From: Archaeoglobus fulgidus DSM 4304
GTDB lineage: Archaea; Halobacteriota; Archaeoglobi; Archaeoglobales; Archaeoglobaceae
NCBI RefSeq assembly: GCF_000008665.1
Contig: NC_000917.1
Location: forward strand, 390,001-422,000
DNA: 32,000 bases
Direction of reading: 5' to 3'
This document shows, one piece after another, positions 25,676 through 32,000 of the stretch (position 1 is its first letter; every line of letters starts with the position of its first letter). The position numbers and the translations under genes are program-made. Below the pieces are notes generated by a model. That model made no database searches, was not told where the DNA came from, and saw nothing but the letters and a program-made list of their open reading frames with translations.

Positions 25676-27886
25676 ATGAATGTTCAAAAAGTTTTTTACC
25701 GAGATTCCGAATCACTTTTGATGCTCCCTGTCGAACGCCCGCTCCTTACGATCCTTCTAATCTCGTCTGTAATCGCTTTCTTTATCTTCTCAGCCCAAAA
25801 CCTTGAATTTGGATCTGCTGACTATGCAGACAGCTTTCCTCCATGGGATGCGATTTACAGGCAGTATGAGCTTTACTACAAGGATTTTGGCTATACTCCC
25901 GAAAACGTTTACATCATCGTGAAGGCTGAGGACGTTTTGAGCAGAGATGTTATGGAGTACATGCTCTCCCTCCAGAAGGTTCTTGAGGGGAGGGATGGCG
26001 TTGTTTCTACCTCTTCTCCCGCCTCCATCCTTCGTGATGTGCTTGGAGATATTCCTGACAGCGAAGAACTCGTTGGGGAAACTGCTGAAAGGCTCGCCAA
26101 GTCCCTTTTGCCTGAAAGGAGCTTTGCTCTGATTTCTGTTCAAATTGAAAGCATGGAGAATGACAGGCTAATGGAGCTTGCTGAGGAGATTGAGAGGATT
26201 CTGCAATTCGTCTCTCCTCCGCCCGGAGTTGTTGTTGACGTTACGGGCGGGGCTGTGCTGATGTACCAGATTGCTAAGGCCGTTGAGGAGGATGTTTACC
26301 GCACATTTTTCATAGCATCAGTGACGATGATTGCAGTCCTAGTTGCCGTTTTCAGCGGGGTCGTGAGGAGCAAGCTCACGGTTTTGTTTCCCTTAATTGT
26401 TTCTCTGATGTCCGTTGCAGTTATGGCTGGATTGCTGCCCCTTCTGGGGCTTCAGATGACAGAGTACAACTCCGCAACAATCCCCATTCTAATCGGTCTT
26501 GCCATTGACTACGCTGCCCAGCTTCAGAACCGCTATGAGGAAGAGAGGAGGGGAGGGAGAGAGGTTGATGAGGCCTTAGAGGAGGCATTAAACCACACTA
26601 GGTTCCCCCTTTTCATGGCCATGGCCACAACAGTAATTGGCTTCGCATCGATGTGTGCTCCGGGAATTCCTTCGCTCTTCTGGTTCAGCTTCCTCCTTTC
26701 AGTTGGTCTTATTACCGCTTTTTTGCTTTCGAACACCTTCTTGCCTTCACTGCTAAAGCTTTCCGACAGAGGAGGGAGAGAGGAATCCATTTCCCCCGGA
26801 ATTCTTGAAAAGCTTCTCACGACAATAGCCAAGGTTACAATAGCCAATTCGAGAAAAATTCTTGCTTTAACTCTGATTCTGATTGTTGTCGGAGCTTATG
26901 CCAGCACACACGTTGAGCTTGAAACGAACAGGAGGAAGTATGCTCCTCCAGACCTTCCAGCTTTGGTTAAGTTCGAGGAGATTGAGAGAAAGGTTTCCCC
27001 GCAGTACGTCTACGCTCTGGTTCTTTCTACAGAGAGAATTGATGCGGAAAGTGTTGTGAAAGCTGAAGAGCTGGCCAAGTACATTTCCTCAAGGGAGGAG
27101 ATTTACGACTACGACTCCCTCGGGAAGACCTTGGAGGAGTATTACGGTGCCATCCCTGCAGAGAGTTTTTCGAAGGCTATTGATGCTCTTCCCAAAAGCA
27201 TTTACAGCAGGTTTATTTCTGGGAACCAGCTGGCAGTCTACTTCTACACCAACACGCAGACGGAGGAGGAAGTTGAGAAGATGATGCGGAGCATCGAAAA
27301 TGACTTGAGATTTCTGGAGTGGGATGGGGATTACTACATAACGGGCTTCCCCGTCATCCTCGGCCATCTCAGTGAGGTTCTATTCAGCAGCCTCAACCTC
27401 ATGACGTTGGTGGCGTATCTGCTCATCGTAACTTTCCTTCTCCTCGCCTACCGCTCTGTTGTGAGGGCCATCATACCGCTCATCAGCATTTCTGTGGCTG
27501 TAGCTTCGATGAACGTCTGCATGCTTTTGATGGGGATTAAGCAGACGACCATTTCAATAGCCCTCAACTCAATTGTGCTGGGAATGGGTATTGATTACTC
27601 CATCCACATCACGGAAAGGTACTTCGAGGAGAGGGGGAAGTTTGGTGTGGAGGAGTCCGTTAAGAGAACAGTTGAGAGAACGGGAAAAGCTGTCCTCACC
27701 TCAGCCCTAACAACTGCGGGCGGGTTTGGGGCCCTTTACTTCTCCACCTTCCCCGTTTTGAGCAACTTCGGAATTCTCGCATTCATAGCTATAATCTTCA
27801 GCCTTCTGGCAGCGACCTCAGCAGTCCCTGCGCTGCTGATTCTCTACGAGAAAAACTACTTCAGGGAAATCCTGAAAATGACCTGA
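25676..27886 (+). CDS. MMPL/RND-superfamily exporter-like membrane protein
   Basis: 736 aa with repeated TM blocks: IPILIGLAIDYAAQLQNRYEEERR and NSIVLGMGIDYSIHITERYFEERGK, large extracytoplasmic loops. Confidence 0.92.
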   Translation: MNVQKVFYRDSESLLMLPVERPLLTILLISSVIAFFIFSAQNLEFGSADYADSFPPWDAIYRQYELYYKDFGYTPENVYIIVKAEDVLSRDVMEYMLSLQKVLEGRDGVVSTSSPASILRDVLGDIPDSEELVGETAERLAKSLLPERSFALISVQIESMENDRLMELAEEIERILQFVSPPPGVVVDVTGGAVLMYQIAKAVEEDVYRTFFIASVTMIAVLVAVFSGVVRSKLTVLFPLIVSLMSVAVMAGLLPLLGLQMTEYNSATIPILIGLAIDYAAQLQNRYEEERRGGREVDEALEEALNHTRFPLFMAMATTVIGFASMCAPGIPSLFWFSFLLSVGLITAFLLSNTFLPSLLKLSDRGGREESISPGILEKLLTTIAKVTIANSRKILALTLILIVVGAYASTHVELETNRRKYAPPDLPALVKFEEIERKVSPQYVYALVLSTERIDAESVVKAEELAKYISSREEIYDYDSLGKTLEEYYGAIPAESFSKAIDALPKSIYSRFISGNQLAVYFYTNTQTEEEVEKMMRSIENDLRFLEWDGDYYITGFPVILGHLSEVLFSSLNLMTLVAYLLIVTFLLLAYRSVVRAIIPLISISVAVASMNVCMLLMGIKQTTISIALNSIVLGMGIDYSIHITERYFEERGKFGVEESVKRTVERTGKAVLTSALTTAGGFGALYFSTFPVLSNFGILAFIAIIFSLLAATSAVPALLILYEKNYFREILKMT

Positions 27887-28260
27887 CTTGCCGTTCTCAG
27901 CTTACGGCGTATTTGCGGAAGCTCGTACATGTAGAGTGTCAGTATTCCGTTGAGAACTCTGTCAAAGCCGAAGGCTCTTTTAATGAACTCTGCATGAAGC
28001 TTATCTCTGACGTAAATAACCCTCTCCCCTCCAATGTCGTTCATCTCAAGGATTACGGGAATTCTGAACCTCGGCCAGTCAAGCTCGTCCACGTGCTGGG
28101 CTATGAACTCAAGCTCTCTCTTCTCAATGTAGTATTCATTTCCATCCTTCGCTCTGATGGTTGGGTCCTTTTCCTTCAGCATCTCCGCTAAGCTTCTCGT
28201 CTTTTCGGGCATGTGCTTGTTCACGGCTTCAATCATCTTGGCAAGAGTTTTCTCATCCAT
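27856..28260 (-). CDS. UPF0216/DUF61 family protein
   Basis: 134 aa conserved archaeal-type protein: LAEMLKEKDPTIRAKDGNEYYIEKRELEFIA...RFRIPVILEMN. Confidence 0.75.
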   Translation of the reverse strand: MDEKTLAKMIEAVNKHMPEKTRSLAEMLKEKDPTIRAKDGNEYYIEKRELEFIAQHVDELDWPRFRIPVILEMNDIGGERVIYVRDKLHAEFIKRAFGFDRVLNGILTLYMYELPQIRRKLRTASQVIFRISLK

Positions 28261-29016
28261 TTACAAAACCTCCAGCTCTATCCAGCCCCCTCCCCTCTTA
28301 ATTCCAAGCATCTCGGCAGCGCTGCCCTCCCTTACGCTCAGCTCAAGGGTGCCAAAGCTTCCGATCAGCGAGAGAGGTTTCCCAACATCAACATCAGAGT
28401 ACGTTTTCACAAAGGGAAACTCAACACCTCTGAAGTAAAATCCTTTCCCCTTCACTTCCCTGAGATTTGTCACCACATTCCCGAATCTGTCGACATAAAC
28501 AACTCTGCACCTAACTTTATTGCCCTGTATTGAGCAATCGAAGAGTTCAAGCTTTTCCAGCTCCTCTTTGTTAATTTCCTCAAAGTAGGTGTAATCTCCC
28601 CTCACCACCATCGCTGCTGCTGGAGCGAAGATGTCCCTGCCGTGGAAGGTGGAGGAAAGCTCTCCAACGAGCTCTGAAATCTCCTCTTTGATGGAGTAAG
28701 CAGCCTTAATTCCATCTTCAACTGCTGAAGGATAGAGAATTCCGTTATCGGGGCCTACGAAGAAGTGGTTTTTCCCCTCAATCACCAAAGCCCTTCTTTC
28801 GCTACCAACTCCGGGGTCAACCACTGCTACATGCACAGCATTCCTGAAATACCTGAAAGAGTGGTAGAGGAGGAAGGCCCCCTGCAGGATGTTCTGCGGC
28901 TCCACAGAATGAGTAATATCAACGATTCTCGCTTCCGGGGCGAGGCTGAGGATGACTCCCTTCATCACTCCCGGATAGAAGTCCCCGAAGTCCGTGAGCA
29001 GCGAAACGACCTTCAT
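28261..29016 (-). CDS. DUF62 / S-adenosyl-L-methionine hydrolase (adenosine-forming) family
   Basis: MKVVSLLTDFGDFYPGVMKGVILSLAPEARIVDITHSVEPQNI...VVDPGVGSERRAL...FVGPDNGIL. Confidence 0.92.
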   Translation of the reverse strand: MKVVSLLTDFGDFYPGVMKGVILSLAPEARIVDITHSVEPQNILQGAFLLYHSFRYFRNAVHVAVVDPGVGSERRALVIEGKNHFFVGPDNGILYPSAVEDGIKAAYSIKEEISELVGELSSTFHGRDIFAPAAAMVVRGDYTYFEEINKEELEKLELFDCSIQGNKVRCRVVYVDRFGNVVTNLREVKGKGFYFRGVEFPFVKTYSDVDVGKPLSLIGSFGTLELSVREGSAAEMLGIKRGGGWIELEVL

Positions 29017-29807
29017 GTTCCGAACATCATCCTTATTCCGTCTCTAAGCCCCGGAGCTAAGCCAAGAACAACCAGAACAAACTTCACGTAGTTTCTAAGC
29101 TTCTTATCCTCCTCTGACGTGTCAAGAAGGTAAAGGATGGCGTAAAAAACCAGAAACTTAGCTGCAGGCAGAGATATTGGCCCGAACTTATCAATCAGAT
29201 ACCTCGGAAGGACGTGGAGCTCCCAGTAACCGAGGTAGCTGATTCCGAAGAAGGTTTCAAAGCCATCAAGCATGTGAGAGAACATCGTAAGCAGGCTTAG
29301 CTCGTTTTTCATCGGCTTTAAGGAGATTGCGTAGAAAACCGCTGTAAAAGCTGCCGCAAGACCAACTCCTGCAGGAATAACCCACCAGTTAACGACCGGC
29401 AGATTTGCGAAGAGCAGGATGAGAACTCCGACAGCAGGGACGAGGCCTACGACAGCATAAACCCTGTAGTACTTCTCACCGTAAAATCTCAGCGACAGCA
29501 AGAGGGTGGGAAAGGCGATGGCAAAAATCAGGATGTAGATGAAGGGAGTCATGAAAATGTACGAGATGGGCGGTGTGAGAAATCCTGCATCCTCAACAAC
29601 CCTCACGGAAGAGCCAAGGAGAATGTAGGGGATATTTGCGTAAACAAACTTCTCATCAAAATCGAGCCTTTTTCCGAGGAACCTGTAGAGAGCGTAGACA
29701 GCAACAATCAGAATTGCAGCCCACGTGAGCGTATTCACGATGTTATAACCTTCCTTGTAAACAATCGAGTCGATGTAGTACTCTTTTATGAATTCCCACA
29801 AATCCAT
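29013..29807 (-). CDS. DUF63 family integral membrane protein
   Basis: MDLWEFIKEYYIDSIVYKEGYNIVNTLTW... with multiple TM helices (HMLDGFETFFGISYLGYWELHVLPRYLID). Start revised from track 29852 to the Met at 29807. Confidence 0.82.
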   Translation of the reverse strand: MDLWEFIKEYYIDSIVYKEGYNIVNTLTWAAILIVAVYALYRFLGKRLDFDEKFVYANIPYILLGSSVRVVEDAGFLTPPISYIFMTPFIYILIFAIAFPTLLLSLRFYGEKYYRVYAVVGLVPAVGVLILLFANLPVVNWWVIPAGVGLAAAFTAVFYAISLKPMKNELSLLTMFSHMLDGFETFFGISYLGYWELHVLPRYLIDKFGPISLPAAKFLVFYAILYLLDTSEEDKKLRNYVKFVLVVLGLAPGLRDGIRMMFGT

Positions 29808-29889
29808 GGGGAAAATCAGGAGTTGGTTAAATAACTTTACCATACAAACCAATATGTATCAATACTATCACAGCTAAATCAACCAAAAT

Positions 29890-29899
29890 GCTTATAAAA
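29890..29899 (+). promoter_or_regulatory. Candidate TATA box of the polyferredoxin gene
   Basis: GCTTATAAAA, followed by SD-like GGAGGTG at 29923-29929. Confidence 0.6.
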
Positions 29900-29934
29900 C
29901 CATTAACTTCATCAGCAAAAAAGGAGGTGGTAGC

Positions 29935-31068
29935 ATCATAGAGGTTGCAAGAGATGAAGAGAGGGGGAATTACCTGTATTTCAGCGCAGAGAGATGCGTT
30001 GGATGCGGAATGTGCGAGTCAGTTTGCCCCAAGTCAGCCATTAGCGTATATAGAAACGGAAAGGACTTCGAAGTGGAAATCAACGAGAACTGTGCCGTCT
30101 GCGGAACCTGCAGCGACTTCTGTCAGTTCGGGGCTCTTAAATTCTACAGAAACGGTAAAGAAGGTGGAGTGTATACAGAAATTTTGAAAGAAGAGTTGGG
30201 ATTTAAGAAAGTAGATGTAAATCCTCAAGATTGTATTTTATGCTCACTCTGCATGAAAACCTGCCCAAGAGATGCAATCAAGGTTATCAGGTCTGTTGAC
30301 CTCAAGAAGCTGAGGAGAGGAGAGATAAGCATAGGTTAGGGGTGCATAGAGTGCAGACTTTGCGTTGAGAACTGCCCCACTAAGGCAGTCAAAATCTACC
30401 ACGGTAAGCCAGTCATCGACGAAAGCAAGTGTATATACTGTGAAATATGTTCAAAGGTTTGCCCGATGGACGTCATAACAGTGAGATGCGACTCCTGCAG
30501 GATATTCGAGCAGAGGAAGGAGGCTGTCATAGGAACTGTGATAGTTGACGAAGGTTCATGCTCAACCTGCAAAATGTGCACCGAGGTTTGCCCAACTGGC
30601 GCAATAAAGGTTGAAAGAATCTTTGAAGGGGAGCAGAAGTGGAGCAAAGAAAAGTGCATCGAGGACTGCACGGTTTGCAGAGACATCTGCCCCAACAACG
30701 CAATATCCTATGCCTATGATCCGGAGAAGAGGGTTGTTTTCAGCGACAGGTGCAACTTCTGCGGGACGTGCGAGAGGTACTGTCCCGGCAACGCCATCGA
30801 AATAGACAGAAGGCTTAGGGAGGACATAGAGATTGAGTTCAAGAGGGCTGAAAGGAGTAAAAAGAAGGAAATCAGAGTGGGTGAGATCTGCATCGGCTGC
30901 GGTATCTGCGAAAGCATCTGTCCGGTCAGTCAAAACGGCAACACTATTGAGATTGTCAACGGTAAAGCTGTCGGAAGGGTGAGTGAAGCTTGCACCGCAT
31001 GCGGTCTCTGCGTGGTTAACTGTCCGGTGGAGACGATAGAGGTTAGGGAGATTAAGGAAGAGTCCTAA
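29935..31068 (+). CDS. Polyferredoxin with ten 4Fe-4S-type motifs, containing an in-frame TAG (30337-30339) and no canonical start codon
   Basis: Same frame throughout: CVGCGMCESVCP, CAVCGTCSDFCQ, CILCSLCMKTCP, TAG, CIECRLCVENCP, CIYCEICSKVCP, CSTCKMCTEVCP, CIEDCTVCRDICP, CNFCGTCERYCP, CIGCGICESICP, CTACGLCVVNCP. The track shows only fragments 30010-30339 and 30466-31068. Confidence 0.8.
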
Positions 31069-31104
31069 CGAAAAGCAAATATATTTGCATTTTTTCCTTT
31101 TTCC

Positions 31105-31293
31105 ATGGCAAGGAAGGCTATCGTTGACAGAAGAAAATGCGCTTACTGCGGGGCCTGCGTTGCCGTCTGTCCTGCAGATGCAAATGAGCTTGTTGAAACC
31201 TTTCTCGAGATTTACGATGACAGGTGCACCGGCTGCGGAATCTGCGTGAAGATGTGTCCGATGGGAGCCTTGGCCATGGTGGAGGTGGACTAA
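31105..31293 (+). CDS. Small 2x[4Fe-4S] ferredoxin
   Basis: [15 protein letters not shown]...[16 protein letters not shown]. Confidence 0.93.
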
Positions 31294-32000
31294 TGTACGA
31301 CGTTGTGGTTGTTGGAGCCGGGCCAGCGGGAAGCATGGCAGCGAAAACCGCTGCGGAGCAGGGTTTGAAGGTTCTTCTGGTGGAAAAGAGGCAGGAGATT
31401 GGCACGCCTGTTAGATGCGCCGAGGGAATTAGCAGGGAGAGCATTGAGAAATTCTTCGAAGTGGACAAGAAGTGGATTGCGGCCGAGGTAACCGGAGCGA
31501 AAATCTATGCCCCGAACAAAACCGAAATCGTGATGTCAGAGGAGATGGCTGGCAATGAGGTTGGTTACGTTCTTGAGAGGAAAATTTTCGACCGCCACGT
31601 TGCCAGACTTGCCGCAAAGGCTGGGGCGGAGGTTTATGTTAAGACGGCAATGGTCGATTTTGAGAGAAAAGATGGAAAGGTGAAGGTAAAGCTCAGGAGG
31701 CTCGGAGAAGACTGGGAAGTTGAGACGAAAATTTTGATCGGAGCTGACGGCGTGGAGAGCAAGATTGGCAGAAAGGCTGGGATAATCAAGACCCTCAAGC
31801 TTAATGAGGTAGAGAGCTGTGCTCAGTACCTCATGACCGGTCTCGATATCGATGAGAGCTACACGTACTTCTACCTCGGGAGAGAGCTTGCTCCCGGCGG
31901 CTATGCCTGGATTTTCCCCAAGGGAAACGGTTCGGCAAATGTGGGTATAGGAGTTCTGCCGAAAATGGCCGAAAGGACTGCAAAGGAGTACCTTGACGCA
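31293..32000 (+). CDS. Geranylgeranyl reductase family FAD protein (archaeal lipid saturation), truncated by the window edge
   Basis: ATG overlaps the ferredoxin stop (TAATG): [47 protein letters not shown]...[13 protein letters not shown]...[20 protein letters not shown]. Confidence 0.92.

Noticed and set aside
30337-30339. Pyrrolysine as the explanation for the TAG
   Set aside because: No pyl genes are in the window and I know of none in this lineage; kept only as something to exclude genome-wide.

Overview
The window looks like archaeal chromosome. The CRISPR repeat and gene content match Archaeoglobus fulgidus from memory; I ran no search. Left to right it contains: a truncated lipoprotein gene; a TrmO/FmdE-like fusion; a minus-strand beta-oxidation/thiolase operon with an Lrp/AsnC regulator; a queC-queE-queD (preQ0) cluster; tRNA-Leu(GAG); and a 48-repeat CRISPR array with no cas genes nearby, read on the minus strand from an AT-rich leader on its right. 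These are followed by a HAD phosphatase, a YkgJ-like cysteine-cluster protein, a tandem LEA14-like lipoprotein split by an apparent frameshift, and a signalling cluster (GAF/PAS protein, CheY, PAS-histidine kinase, small helical protein, double-domain KaiC-like ATPase, degenerate nuclease-like protein, PAS protein). The right part holds an OYE-type oxidoreductase, a C_GCAxxG_C_C protein, a candidate H/ACA guide RNA, a membrane-anchored SCP2-like protein, a phosphohexomutase, an RND exporter, DUF61, SAM hydrolase-like and DUF63 proteins, a polyferredoxin, a ferredoxin and a geranylgeranyl reductase. The most notable observations are: (1) a polyferredoxin frame with no ATG/GTG/TTG start before its first 4Fe-4S motif and a single in-frame TAG, both sides of which encode intact ferredoxin motifs; (2) a KaiC/split-kinase locus in which two proteins carry a shared kinase-like DxIRNPLAAxxG(Y/F)VE motif without any ATPase domain; (3) an unannotated single-hairpin H/ACA sRNA with K-loop and ACA box; (4) a duplicated LEA14 protein broken by a 1-nt shift.
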